Of a stretch of DNA of 64,000 nucleotides, positions 1 to 14,193 are shown in pieces. Every line of letters starts with the position of its first letter. Position 1 is the stretch's first letter. The DNA comes from an uncultured Alphaproteobacteria bacterium (GTDB lineage Bacteria > Pseudomonadota > Alphaproteobacteria > Rhizobiales > Beijerinckiaceae), in the NCBI GenBank assembly GCA_963768555.1, contig CAVYIZ010000062.1, positions 26,503-90,502 on the forward strand, in the 5' to 3' direction. The position numbers were made by a program, and so were the translations under genes. Below the pieces are notes generated by a model. That model ran no database searches and was not told the origin of the DNA. It worked only from the letters and a program-made list of their open reading frames with translations.

Positions 1-2736
<2,736 letters not shown>

Positions 2737-2767
2737 CGGCAAGGCCGTCATCCCGCAAAGCACGCGG

Positions 2768-2897
2768 GCCCCCTCCACCGGCCTTCGGCCTGTCCCCCTC
2801 CCCCGCAAGCGGGGGAGGAAAATCGCCGCCCTATCCTCCCCTGCGAAGCGACTGCGAAGCGGGGGAGGGGGACCACGCGAAGCGTGGTGGAGGGGGC
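2768..2897. repeat. REP-like palindromic intergenic repeat pair (two inverted units)
   Basis: CCCCCTCCACC..GTCCCCCTCCCCCGCAAGCGGGGGAGGA followed by the inverted unit TCCTCCCC..GCGGGGGAGGGGGACCA..TGGTGGAGGGGGC directly after the ppc stop. Confidence 0.75.
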
Positions 2898-2988
2898 AGG
2901 ACGCATTCAAGAGAAACAAAGACCGCATGGCGAGCGAAGGGAAGCCATCCATTGGATGACGGACGAAGCTCCCGGGGGAGCACGAGCC

Positions 2989-3276
2989 ATGCTGCTGAAG
3001 CTTCTCAACCGCCTGTTTCACGGGCCCGCCTGGCTGGCGTTCCTTGCCATGGGCGTCGCCGCGGGCGGCTTGGCGCTCTGCTCGTTCAACCTGCTCTATC
3101 TGTTTCAGGCCAATTTCAATCTCATCGCGAGCTACGGGGCAATGGCCGCCTTCGACGGCGGCATCCTGCAGTTCATCGAGCTGACCGCCTGGGGCTATCT
3201 CGCCCTCGCCTGCTACATCGTCTTCGAGGGCTGCCTCGACGGCCTCCTGCACCGCATCCACCGCGGCCGCGAATAG
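2989..3276 (+). CDS. Small membrane protein, unknown function
   Basis: GGGGAG RBS before ATG 2989; two hydrophobic segments ([19 protein letters not shown]; [15 protein letters not shown]). Confidence 0.7.
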   Translation: MLLKLLNRLFHGPAWLAFLAMGVAAGGLALCSFNLLYLFQANFNLIASYGAMAAFDGGILQFIELTAWGYLALACYIVFEGCLDGLLHRIHRGRE

Positions 3277-3346
3277 CGCCCGCCGCGCCGGCAGCGAACT
3301 CCGTCGCCGCCTTGCCAACCTCGCGGCGTCCGGCGAAATTGCCCGC

Positions 3347-4142
3347 ATGCCGTATCACGGAGTCCTGCTCTGCGTCGTCGCCGCCCTCCTCGGGGCGAGC
3401 ACGATCGGCATGGTTTTGCATGGGCTGCTCGGCGAGCGGCAGAAGAGCCGCGAGACGGTCGACCACGTGTGGCTCGTCATCTCCATTCTCGTCACCTTCA
3501 CCGCCCTCGTGCTCGGCCTCCTCCCCTCCGACGTGAAGTCTTCCTACGACGCGTTCGACAGTCGCCTGAGGACTCTTGCCGGCTCGATCACCGAGCTCGA
3601 CCGGCGGCTGCGCCAGTACGGCGACGAGACGGCGCCGATCAGGGCGAACCTGCGCGCCTATCTCGCCGGCGCGATCGCCGACACCTGGCGCGACGAGCCG
3701 CGCCCCTACGGGGTCTATCCGGTCTACCCCGACGCGCCCGAGGGCGTCGAACGGGCGCCGCTCGGCAATCTCTTGATCGAGGTCGACACCGCGATCCGCA
3801 AGCTCGAGCCCACCGACCCGTTCCACGCCGGCCTCGCCAATCTCCTGCAGACGCAGTCGACCGAGCTCCTGCAGCAGCGGCGCCTCGCGATCGAGACGGC
3901 TCACGCCACGATCTCCATGGCCGCTGCTCGTCGCCATGACGCTGTGGCTCGCGATCGTGTTCGGCGTGTTCGGCCTGACCGCGCCGCGCAACGCCGTCGT
4001 CTATGCGACGATCGTGCTCTGCGCGCTCTCCTTCGCCTCGGCGATCTTCTTCATCCTCGACTTCGACCGGCCGCTCACGGGGTTCATCCGGGCGCCGAGC
4101 GAACCCGCGCACGAGGCGCTCCGCCATCTGGACACGCCTTGA
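3347..4142 (+). CDS. DUF4239-like membrane protein (one frameshift near 3918)
   Basis: ORF 3347 joined to ORF 3936..4142; pattern LVLGLL..VKSSYD and C-terminal [17 protein letters not shown]. Confidence 0.65.
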
Positions 4143-4340
4143 CCCGCAGACGGCCCCGCCGCCTGAGGCCTCGCCGCGGGCGGAAGGCTGGCCGCCGGGA
4201 AGTTCGATTGGGGCAGCCGACAAAACATGCGGATATTTGCATATCTTCACCAAGCCACCCTTTCCGTCGCCCGGCGAATTGCCTATCTAAAGGCCCTGCC
4301 CCGAGGCATCGTTCCCCGGCGCGCGGATGGGAGCGGCAAG

Positions 4341-5483
4341 ATGGCGTCTCGCGACGAGGTGATGGCGGCGCTGGGGAAAGTTCCCGGCCCCGACGGAAAG
4401 ACGCCGCTGCCGGAATTCCGGCGCCATTTCCGGCCTCACCATCCGGGACGGCAAGGTCTTCCTCGCCATCGTCGTCGACCCCGACAAGGCCAAAGCGCTG
4501 GAGCCGATGCGCGCCAGGGCCGAAGCCGCGATCAAGGCGGCCCCCGGGGTGACGAGCGCGGTCGTGACCCTGACCGCCGAGGCCGCCCGCGAGATCGGCG
4601 GCGCGCCCCGGTCCTGCGCATGCGCACGGCGACGGCCATCAGCGCCAGCCGGGCCACGGCGCGCCGCTCGACCGCGCCAATCCCCGGCGTCAGGCACATC
4701 ATCGCGGTCGCGTCCGGCAAGGGCGGCGTCGGCAAGTCGACGGTCGCCTGCAATCTCGCCGTCGGCCTCGCCATGCTCGGCCTCAAGGTCGGCGTGCTCG
4801 ACGCCGACCTGTTCGGCCCCTCGATGCCAAAACTGTTCGGCATCACGGCCAAGCCCGAGCTCGCGCCCGACGGCCAGAAGCTCGTCCCGTTGGAAGCCTA
4901 CGGCGTCAAGGTGATGTCGATCGGCTTCCTCATCGAGGAGGGCGCGCCGGTGATCTGGCGCGGGCCGATGGTGATGTCGGCGCTGAACCAGCTCCTGCGC
5001 GATGTCGTCTGGGGCGAACTCGACGTGCTGGTCGTCGACATGCCGCCGGGCACCGGCGACACCCAGCTCACCATGGCGCAGAACGTGCCGTTGTCGGGCG
5101 CGGTGATCGTCTCGACGCCGCAGGATCTGGCTTTGATCGACGCGCGGCGCGGCATCGCGATGTTCAATCAGACGCATGTGCCGCTGATCGGCGTCGTCGA
5201 GAACATGAGCTATTTCATCTGCCCGCATTGCGGCGGACGAACCGACGTCTTCTCGCACGCCGGCGCACAACGGGAGGCCGATAGGCTCGGCGTTCCGTTC
5301 CTCGGCGAGGTGCCGCTCGACATCGCCATCCGCGCCAATTCCGACGACGGGCGCCCGGTCGTGGCGAGCCTTCCCGACGGCGGCCACGCCGGCGCGTTCC
5401 TCGAGATCGCGCGGCGCGTGGCGCAGACGCTCGAGGCCGGCGCTCCGGGCGCCAAGCCCGCGCCGCGAATCCGCATCGGTTGA
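4341..5483 (+). CDS. mrp: Mrp/ApbC (NBP35-family) Fe-S cluster carrier ATPase
   Basis: IIAVASGKGGVGKST, DADLFGPS, WRGPM, DMPPGTGD, ENMSYFICPHC; N-terminal part frameshifted. Confidence 0.93.
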   Translation: MASRDEVMAALGKVPGPDGKTPLPEFRRHFRPHHPGRQGLPRHRRRPRQGQSAGADARQGRSRDQGGPRGDERGRDPDRRGRPRDRRRAPVLRMRTATAISASRATARRSTAPIPGVRHIIAVASGKGGVGKSTVACNLAVGLAMLGLKVGVLDADLFGPSMPKLFGITAKPELAPDGQKLVPLEAYGVKVMSIGFLIEEGAPVIWRGPMVMSALNQLLRDVVWGELDVLVVDMPPGTGDTQLTMAQNVPLSGAVIVSTPQDLALIDARRGIAMFNQTHVPLIGVVENMSYFICPHCGGRTDVFSHAGAQREADRLGVPFLGEVPLDIAIRANSDDGRPVVASLPDGGHAGAFLEIARRVAQTLEAGAPGAKPAPRIRIG

Positions 5484-5498
5484 CCCCGGAGGGCGCGC

Positions 5499-5786
5499 AT
5501 GGCCTGGCCGACAGACATCACCGTGACGGACAAGGGGCGGACGCTCGAGGTCGTGTTCGACGACGGCGAGACCGTCCGCCTGACCGCCGAGCGCCTTCGC
5601 GTCGAAAGCCCGAGCGCCGAGGTCCAGGGTCATTCGCCGAGCCAGAAGCGGATCCTCACCGGCAAGGAGAACGTCGCCATCGTCGACGTCCAGCCGATCG
5701 GCAACTACGCGATCAAGATCGTGTTCGACGACGGCCACGACACCGGCCTCTACAGCTGGGACTATCTGCGCAAGCTCGCGGGCTAG
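5499..5786 (+). CDS. DUF971 (gamma-butyrobetaine hydroxylase-like N-terminal) protein
   Basis: LRVESPSAEVQGH and GNYAIKIVFDDGHDTGLYSWDYL motifs. Confidence 0.9.
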   Translation: MAWPTDITVTDKGRTLEVVFDDGETVRLTAERLRVESPSAEVQGHSPSQKRILTGKENVAIVDVQPIGNYAIKIVFDDGHDTGLYSWDYLRKLAG

Positions 5787-5950
5787 CCGCCCAAGCCGAG
5801 AGCGGGTCATAAACCCAAGGGGGAGCGGATGAACCACGGCTTCGACGGCCGTCAGATCACGGCAACGGATGCAGGCTGCCTCGTCGATCAGGACGACTGG
5901 AGCCGGGAGCTCGCGACGGAGACGGCGTCCCCGCCGGCGCAGCGCGAACT

Positions 5951-6841
5951 TTAGAACCGGCAGAGCACGGTTCCGGCGATTTCGCACTGGAAGCCCTGGA
6001 GGGCGTGCGAGATCACCTTGATGTTCTTGACCTTGGTTCGGTGGCGGCGAGCGACGATGATCGCGGCGCCGACGCGCGAAGCGACGACATAGGCGTCCGC
6101 GCTTTCGAGCGCCGGCGGGGTGTCGTAGATCACGACGCCATAATTGCGCTGCGCGCTCTGTGAAAGGTTCAGGAATTCCTTGGAGCTCAGGAGCTCCTGC
6201 GGATGTGGCGCGGTCGCCCCGGCGACCAGCAGCGAAAGCCCCGGCACCACGTCGAGGGCGACCGGCGGCCGGTTGGCGTCGCCATGGGTCAGAGCCTCGA
6301 CCAGGCCTTCGGTTTTCGCGTCGACCCCGAACAGCGAGGCGAGCCTGGGCTTCCTGAGGTTTGCGTCCACGAGAAGGGTCGGCACCGCCATCTGCGCGAA
6401 CGACAGCGCGAGATTGGCGGCGAAATAGCTCGCGCCCACCGCCGAATGCGGTCCGATGACGGCGAAAGCGTTCTTGCCCTGCGAAAGCGCCCCGGTCGCG
6501 AGCGCCGAGCGAACGGACCTGAAGGCTTCCGCCCCTGCGCTGAATGGTTGATAACCGACCACGAGCTCGCGCGAAACGCGCCGCTCGTCGGCCCCGAAAT
6601 TCAGCACCGGGTAATTGTAGCGCTTCGACAAGGCCAGAAACAGGCTGTCCCGCCGCACGAGGCCCAACGTAATGGCGGCCTCGCCGAAGGTCAGGCCTTT
6701 GCGGCGCTGGAAGCCCCGAATGGCCTCCACCTGGGCCTCGCTCAGATTGCCGGCGGCGAGGATCTGCTGCTCGATCGGGTCTCTCGCCGCGTCAACCGCG
6801 ACGACTTCCAATTCCGCAGGGCGATTTGGATTGATGTTCAT
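5951..6841 (-). CDS. EpsG/CpsD-CapB-like tyrosine-kinase-family protein (polysaccharide chain-length control)
   Basis: EAFRSVRS, ANLALSFAQ, TLLVDANLRKP, VIYDTPP; Walker A position reads GPHSAVGASY. Confidence 0.85.
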   Translation of the reverse strand: MNINPNRPAELEVVAVDAARDPIEQQILAAGNLSEAQVEAIRGFQRRKGLTFGEAAITLGLVRRDSLFLALSKRYNYPVLNFGADERRVSRELVVGYQPFSAGAEAFRSVRSALATGALSQGKNAFAVIGPHSAVGASYFAANLALSFAQMAVPTLLVDANLRKPRLASLFGVDAKTEGLVEALTHGDANRPPVALDVVPGLSLLVAGATAPHPQELLSSKEFLNLSQSAQRNYGVVIYDTPPALESADAYVVASRVGAAIIVARRHRTKVKNIKVISHALQGFQCEIAGTVLCRF

Positions 6842-6941
6842 CTGCTCGAGCTTTCCCAAAATCACCCCGCAGGGTCGGCAGCCGACGCTTCCGACAACAG
6901 TCAACCCCAATTCCTTATTTTAAGCTGACACGTGTTCACCG

Positions 6942-7739
6942 TCAAAACAGCCGTTCGTTGACGACGATCGTGTCGTTAGGCTCCACTTCATCGTCGAGCG
7001 AGGCGGGCATCTCCTCGGTCTGCCCGTCCGCCTGCTTCCGTTTGATCTTCATCCGAGAGTCGGTCCCAAGCGTCGCCAGTCCGCCCGCAATCGCGATCGC
7101 CTGCTGGACGGTCAACGCTTGGGTCAGAGGAAACTGGCCGGTATGGCCAACGTAGCCGTAGACGTAATAGAAGGGGACGAGATCGACATAGATCTCATCG
7201 TTGTTCTGAACAAGGATGCGATCCGGATTGATCCTTCCGTCGACGAGATCCTTGCCGTAGTAGCGCCGGACCGTCGCGCCATGCCGCACGATGACCATTC
7301 CGCCGGTATCCCTCAAGCCGCCGGCCCGGGCCAGGATCTGCGCAAGGTTCGTCGTCCGGTCGATCGTGTACGCTCCGGGCGCCCCAACCTGACCCTGGAC
7401 GCTGACCTGCGCGCCGAACCCCGTGACTTCGACGAGCACATGCGGCTCGGTGACGATCTGGCGCTCCGCGAGCCGCCGTTCGATGGCGTGCGCCAGCTGA
7501 TCTTGCGTCAGGCCGGCGGCTTTGATTCGACCGACGTAGGGAAAATTCACGGTGCCGTCGGTTTCGACGCGGGTGGTCGTATCCATGTCCGGCTGGCCGA
7601 CGACCTTGATCGCGACCACGTCGTTTTTCGTCAGAACGCGGCCGCCCTGGGCGTTCGCGGCGAGGCTGAGCGACGCCCCGAGTGCGACCACGGCGAGGCG
7701 GATTAACCAGCTTCGTATCTTTCCCATTCTCTTTTGCAT
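6942..7739 (-). CDS. Polysaccharide export protein (Wza/EpsE-like; Poly_export plus SLBB domains)
   Basis: Signal peptide; DGTVNFPYVGRIKAAGLT; VQGQVGAPGAY; two SLBB repeats; C-terminal DTIVVNERLF. Confidence 0.9.
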   Translation of the reverse strand: MQKRMGKIRSWLIRLAVVALGASLSLAANAQGGRVLTKNDVVAIKVVGQPDMDTTTRVETDGTVNFPYVGRIKAAGLTQDQLAHAIERRLAERQIVTEPHVLVEVTGFGAQVSVQGQVGAPGAYTIDRTTNLAQILARAGGLRDTGGMVIVRHGATVRRYYGKDLVDGRINPDRILVQNNDEIYVDLVPFYYVYGYVGHTGQFPLTQALTVQQAIAIAGGLATLGTDSRMKIKRKQADGQTEEMPASLDDEVEPNDTIVVNERLF

Positions 7740-7764
7740 CGTTCCACGCTCCAGCTTCGGAGTC

Positions 7765-9045
7765 TCAATACGGGGCGAAGGTCAAAGCAAGCAAGACCAC
7801 GCTGGTGGGCGTCACGAGGTTCGCCTGCACGCTTTTGGTATACGTATAACTCAGGTTCGCCGTGATGAATGGAGTTATGGTGTAGTTTATGCTCGCGTTT
7901 GCGCTATAATCGTGCAGAGGCGCAGTGAACGTTGAAAAAGTAGGATTGATACTCGAGCCGCTGGCGAGCGCAGTGGTAGCGCCGCTCGAGTATGAGGCGC
8001 TCACACCCGCGGCGAGGAGCAGTTTCGGGGTCAGGCTATAGGTCAGGCCCAGATTAGCGCTTTCCGTAACCTGCAGGTTGGCGAGGATCGACGTCGGCGG
8101 CGCGACGGTCTTCGAGGCCGACGCCGTCAGGCCGAGTTTCGGCGTCGCCGTCCACGTCATGGAGGCAGAATATATCGGCTCCCATCCCGAAGCCGGGTTC
8201 AGGGTGAAGGACCCGTTGCGGACGCCGACCAGGCCGTATGACGCGGTAAGCGCGAGATTCGGGCTGAAATTCTTGGTATAGGTCAGATTGACTTGGTCTT
8301 CGGTGATGTTGCTGAGCAAGCCCTGGCTGCTCAGAACGATCGGTCGACCTGTGTAGTTCGTCCCTGTGACGGTGGCCAAGAACTGCAGGCTGTTGGTCTG
8401 CCGAGACGCTGTAGTTTATTCCGGCTGCGATGAACTCGCTCTGATAATTGTTGAATTGATCCACCGCCGCTGTGTTGCGTCACACTGGTCACGCCGCTGT
8501 TCAGAAGAAGGCATATTGCCTGAACGAGACAATTGGCCGTCTCGTTGAAGGCGGTCGTCGTCGAGATGTTCAATTGACGTTGAATCCGATCTGCGTGACG
8601 GGTTACGAGGGCGAGGTCTCTTCAGAGCCGATCAATTTGCCGGAGCACTTCGAGCCGTATGTCCAATTGACGCCTGCGTCGAGCGAGTTCGCCAGTGTGT
8701 TCAAGCTCGCCATCGGCCAAATATCGGTACATCCCGATCGAGCCGTCGGCAAAGAATTGCTGACCCTCCCAATAGGCTTTCGTCGAGACACCAACGGTCG
8801 AGATCGAATAGAGAGTGCCGATCGGACCGCCGAAACCGAGCGCCGCACCATTGCTGGGAGTGCCCAAAACATTGCTGTTGTACCCGACGCTCTCCGAGAA
8901 CTTCAGCTGCACCGGCAGATCGCTCCAGTTCTCCGGGACCGGAAAAGACGCCGTACATTGCGGGGGCGATCGACATGGCCGAAGGCGCGTCGGACGCATA
9001 GAGGTCGTCGGCATGGACGGCGCTCGCGCCGCCAAGCAACATCAA
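7765..9045 (-). CDS. EPS-associated outer-membrane beta-barrel protein (frameshifted)
   Basis: Fragments in several frames with amphipathic strands (FSESVGYNSNVLG, YSASMTWTATPKLGL, NLGLTYSLTPK) and aromatic C-terminus (LTFAPY); lies upstream of the export gene. Confidence 0.65.
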
Positions 9046-9544
9046 ACCTCCGAGCGTCAGGCCGGCGCTTCGAATTATTTCACCGTATCGCTCCGAAGCG
9101 CGCGCACGCTCTCACCTCCAGGCGGCGCAAGAGGGCGCGCCAATCCTCGACGTCGCCCGGGAACAGGCCGTCTTCCAATCCAGTTGCAGTCACCCCTCCC
9201 AGCAGCGCGATCGCCCCAACGTCGAAGTTGCTCGCGACCGGTGTAATATCAAATGGGGGTAAATTGAACTCCCCCGGCCGTGCGCCGCGAACGACGACCC
9301 GCTGCGGGCGGCGAACGCGACAATGCCTCGATATTTCGGCAGCAAAACCACTCCTCAAACCCGCGGTCGTCCCTCCGCCGCTAGGGACGACTCATCCATA
9401 CCCAAGTTCGCCGCATGGCGACAGGAGACAGGAGACACACCTCGAAGAAAAGTGCAGAGAAGCTCGGGCCTGGACAGGAGTGTCTAGACTTTTCGGCCGC
9501 GTTCGCTACCGTTACGACCGACGGTGGAAAACCTTGGGGGACGC

Positions 9545-11958
9545 ATGAAGTCGCACTATCGGGTCGTCGTGATCGGCGGCGGCGTCGTGGGAGCTTCGGT
9601 TCTTTACCATCTTGCGAAATTCGGCTGGACCGACGTCGCGCTGGTGGAGCGCTCCATCCTTACCGCGGGGTCGTCCTGGCATGCCGCGGGCGGTTTCCAC
9701 GCGCTCAACGCCAACCCGAATATGGCGATCCTGCAGGCCTATACGATCGACCTCCTGAAGGAAGTCGAAGCCGAGTCCGGTCAGTCGATCGGCATGCACA
9801 TGACCGGCGGAATTCACGTCGCGTCCGCGCCGGAACGGTGGGAGTGGCTGCAGTCCTCCTACCGCCGCTTCCAGGCGATCGGCATCGAGGACGTGCGCCT
9901 CTTGGCGCCCGAGGAGATCCAAGCGCGCTGCCCGATCATCAGCGTCGAGGGCGTTCTCGGGGGCATGTGGGCCGACCGCGAAGGCTACGTCGACACGACC
10001 GGCACGGTCTGGGCCTATGCCGGCGCGGCGAAGAAGCGCGGCGCGACGGTGATCGAGCACAACAGGGTCTTGGAACTGAACCACCGGCCCGACCGGACCT
10101 GGAACGTCGTGACCGAGAACGGAACGATCAACGCCGAACATGTGGTCAACGCCGCAGGCCTCTGGGCGAAACAGGTCGGCCGGATGGTCGGCCTCGATCT
10201 GCCGGCGTCCCCGCTCGAGCACCATTACCTCATCACGGAGCCGATCCCCGAAGTCGCGGCGCTGAAGACCGAAATGCCGATGGTCGTCGACCTCGAGGGC
10301 TACACCTACATGCGCCAGGACCAGAAGGGGATGCTGGTCGGGATCTACGAGACTCAGCCGCAGCACTGGTCAATGGACGGCGCGCCATGGGATTACGGCG
10401 TCGAGCTGCTCCAGGAGAACATCGACCGCATCTCGGAGGAGCTCGAACTCGTCTATCGCCGATATCCGGTGTTGCAGAAGGCTGGCATCCGCAAGTGGGT
10501 CAACGGCGCTTTCACATTTTCTCCCGACGGGAACCCGCTCGTCGGGCCGATCGCGGGCAAGCCGGGATACTGGCTCGCCTGCGGCGTGATGGCCGGGTTC
10601 CTGCAGGGCGGCGGCGTCGGCAAGGCGCTCGCCGAGTGGATGATCCGGGGGGAGACGACCGAGGACGTCTACGGCCTCGACATCGCCCGCTACGGCGCCT
10701 ACACGTCCAACCGGGAATATATCAGGCAGACGACCGGCGAGTTCTACGCGCGCAGGTTCGTCATGACCTACCCCAACGAGCAGCTGCCTGCGGGACGCCC
10801 GTTGAAGACGACGCCGGCCTACGACGCCATGTCGGCCGCGGGCTGCCAGTGGGGGAATTCCTGGGGCCTGGAGATCCCGCTCTACTTCGGCCCGCCTGGG
10901 TTCAAGGAAAAGCCGACGCTGAAGCGTTCGAACGCCTTCGACATCGTCGGCGCGGAGTGCCGCGCCGTGCGGGGGGGCGTGGGGCTCCTCGATATTGCGC
11001 CGTTCTCGCGCTACGAGGTGACGGGGCCGGAGGCCGAGCGTTGGCTCGACTGGCTGATGGCGGCGCGCATGCCGAAGCCCGGACGCGCAAAGCTCGCTCC
11101 GATGCTGTCCGAGACGGGCAAGCTCAAGGGCGACCTCACCGTCATCAATTGGGGCGACGGAACCTTCTGGATCGAAGGCTCCTACTACCTTCGCCAATGG
11201 CATATGCGCTGGTTCGTCGACCACGCGCGCGAAGGCGCATATGTGCGCGACATTTCCGACGACGTGATCGGCTTCTCGCTTTCGGGACCGAAGTCGCGCG
11301 CTCTATTGGAGCGAGTGACCCACCAGGACGTCTCCAAGGCGACGCTGCCGTTCATGGGGGCGACTGTCCTGGACATCGGCCTCATTCGGGCGAAGGTCGC
11401 CCGCCTGTCGGTCACGGGCGAGCTCGGATACGAGATCAATTGCCCAGCGCTCGAGCATGGCCCGCTGCGCCAGACCCTGCTCGCGGCGGGCGCGGATCTC
11501 GGCTCAAGGAATACGGCTACAACGCGCTTCTGGCGCTGAGGCTCGAAAAGAGCTTCGGCGTCTGGTTGGCCGAATTCACCCAGGCCTATACGCCCCGGAT
11601 GACCGGCATGGACCGCTGGATCGCCTGGGACAAGGGCGATTTCGTCGGCCGCAAGGGGGCGCTCGCCGAGCGCGACGGCCCGGCCCCGTCGCATCGGCTG
11701 GTCACGCTGGAGGTCGACGCCCTCGACGCCGACGCCTCCGGTTACGAGCCCGTCTGGCGCGACGGAAGCAGGGTCGGGTTCGTCACCTCGGGCGGCTATG
11801 GGCACACTGTCGGCAAGAGCCTGGCGATGGCGCTGATCGTCCCGGAGGCCGCAAGCGTCGGGAGCGAGCTTACGGTTCACATCGTCGGGGTCGAGCGAAA
11901 GGCTCGCGTCATTCCGCCCTCGCCTTACGATCCCGCCGGCAAGGCGATGCGCGCATGA
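9545..11958 (+). CDS. GcvT-family FAD-dependent oxidoreductase (dimethylglycine dehydrogenase-like); frameshift near 11505
   Basis: VVIGGGVVG, GSSWHAAG, FSPDGNPLVGP, SVTGELGYEI, LRLEKSF, GFVTSGGYGH; upstream of sox genes. Confidence 0.88.
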
Positions 11959-12653
11959 CGACCGCCGCCGCGCCGTCGCAAAGCTCGCGCGCGGCCGTGA
12001 GGCAGGCGCCGCCCAGCAATGTCAAGGCGACGCGCGAGGACTGGCTCGGCCTCGCGCTGAGCGTGTTCGCGCGCCATGGGGCGGCCGCGGTGACGGTCCT
12101 CGACCTCAGCGAAAGACTTCGCGTGTCGCGGTCGAGCTTCTACTGGTATTTCACGAACCGCGAGGAACTGCTCGACGAGTTGCTGCAACGCTGGGAAAAC
12201 CTGAATACGCGCTCGATCGTGCGGCAATGCGAGGTACAAGCCGGTTCGATCAACGAAGCGATCTGCAACGTCTTCCGCTGCTGGGTCGACCCGGAGCTGT
12301 TCAGCCCGAGGCTCGATTTCGCGGTGCGGGAATGGGCGCGCCGATCGGAGAAGGTCCGCACGGCGCTCGATCGTTCGGACGGCGAGCGTACCGCGGCGAT
12401 CCGAGCCATGTTCGAACGGCACGGCTATCCTTCCGAAGACGCGCTCACGCGCGCGCGCGTTCTCTATTTCATGCAGATCGGCTACTACGCTCTCGACCTC
12501 AAGGAGTCGATGGAGGCCCGCCTGAAGCTGACGCCGCACTATCTCAAAACCTTCAGCGGCGTGGCCCCGCGCGAGGAGGATCTCGCCTCGTTCCGCGCCT
12601 ACGCGATGCGTCACGGGGGCGAGCCGGACCTGGCCACGTTCGGCCGATCATGA
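11955..12653 (+). CDS. TetR-family transcriptional regulator
   Basis: HTH TREDWLGLAL..LSERLRVSRSSFYWYFTNREELL; ATGA overlaps with both neighbours. Confidence 0.9.
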   Translation: MTTAAAPSQSSRAAVRQAPPSNVKATREDWLGLALSVFARHGAAAVTVLDLSERLRVSRSSFYWYFTNREELLDELLQRWENLNTRSIVRQCEVQAGSINEAICNVFRCWVDPELFSPRLDFAVREWARRSEKVRTALDRSDGERTAAIRAMFERHGYPSEDALTRARVLYFMQIGYYALDLKESMEARLKLTPHYLKTFSGVAPREEDLASFRAYAMRHGGEPDLATFGRS

Positions 12654-13904
12654 GCCCGCGCTATTCCGCATTGACCATTCTGCGCGAGGGCCTCGGCGGC
12701 AACACGGGCTGGACGCAGGCGTGGCGCAAGGCGAAGCCGAAGCCGGCCTACGATTTCGTCGTAGTCGGCGGAGGCGGACACGGGCTCGCGACCGCCTATT
12801 ATCTGGCGAAGAACCACGGCCGCACGCGTGTGGCCGTCATCGAAAAAGGCTGGCTCGGCGGCGGCAATACCGGGCGCAACACGACGATCGTGCGCTCGAA
12901 CTATTTCTATCCCGAGTCCGTTGCGCTGTACGACCTCGCGCTGAGGCTCTACGAGGGCCTGTCGCGCGAGCTCAACTTCAACGTGATGCTGAGCCAGCGC
13001 GGAATTCTCAATGTTTCGCACACCCCGGCCCAGCTCGAAATCGCCGCCCGGCTCGCCAACGCTATGCAGCTCAACGGCGTCGACGCCGAGCTCTGGGGGC
13101 CCGACGAGATCCGCAAGCGCCTGCCGCTGATGTCGCAGTCGCTCAACTCGCGCTATCTCCCGAACGGCGGCGTGTGGCAGCGGAGAGGCGGCACGGCGCG
13201 TCACGACGCGGTCGCCTGGGGTTTTGCCCGCGCGGCTGATAGCCTCGGAGTGGACATCGTCGAGAACTGCGAGGTCACCGGATTCGTCATGCAGAACGGC
13301 GTCTGCGCCGGCGTGGAGACGACCAAGGGCGAAATCCACGCCGAGGCGGTGGGCCTCGCCGTCGCCGGCCATTCATCACAACTGATGGCGAAGGCGGGCG
13401 TAAGACTGCCGATCCATTCCTACGCCCTGCAGGCGATGGTCAGCGAGCCGGTCAAGCCGTGCCTCGACATCGTCCTTCTGCAGTTGGGGACGGGCGTCTA
13501 TGCAAGTCAGTCGGACAAGGGCGAGATCGTGTTCGGCGGCGGCCTCGACCGCGTTCCCTCCTACGGCCAGCGCGGCAATCCGCCGATGCAGGCGAATGTC
13601 GTCTCCGGCTTGACCGAAATGTTCCCCGCCTTCGGTCAGCTCAAGCTGATGCGGCAATGGGGCGGAATCGTCGACGTCGTGCCCGGATTCCTCGCCGATC
13701 ATCGGCCCGTCGCCGACGCCCGGAATCTTCCTCAATTGCGGCTGGGGCACCGGAGGGTTCAAGGCGATTCCGGCCGGCGGCACGCTGCTCGCGCATCTGA
13801 TGGCGACCGGCTCGCATCACCCGATCAGCCGTCCTTTCGACCTCGACCGTTTCGCCGCGGGACGCCTCATCGACGAGGCCGCCGGCTCCGGCATCGCCCA
13901 TTAG
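12650..13904 (+). CDS. soxB: Sarcosine oxidase subunit beta (frameshift near 13685)
   Basis: VVGGGGHGLATAYYLAK, GGGNTGRNTTIVRSNY, GTARHDAVAWG, LQAMVSEP, NCGWGTGGFKA, ends GIAH*. Confidence 0.93.
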
Positions 13905-14049
13905 GGCATGATGCTCGGGTCGAACGGCCGTCGGGCCAGTGGCGCGCTCAGTCTGCAAGCCCGCGAATCCTTGTCCTGCGACGCCGAGAGTCGTGATTTT
14001 CGAAAACGATTTTGGACGCGGCGATGCGCCGGAAACAGGCGGGTGAAAC

Positions 14050-14115
14050 CGTGAAACTCCTTTCATCTCCTTTCATTTCCTTTTTCAAAACAAGCTCTTT
14101 CAATGGGTTGCATCG
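14050..14115 (-). repeat. AT-rich dispersed repeat (AACCCATTGAAA..AAATGAAAGGAGATGAAAG)
   Basis: Reverse complement resembles 58330-58385 (AACCTCTTGATAAG..AATGGAAGGAAATGTAAG); degenerate match judged by eye. Confidence 0.4.
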
Positions 14116-14193
14116 AAACTGCACGACCCCCTCCCCCCGGTCCCCTCTCTCCGCCCCCGGGGACTGAGCCCCGAAGGCTTCCAAAGAATAAAC

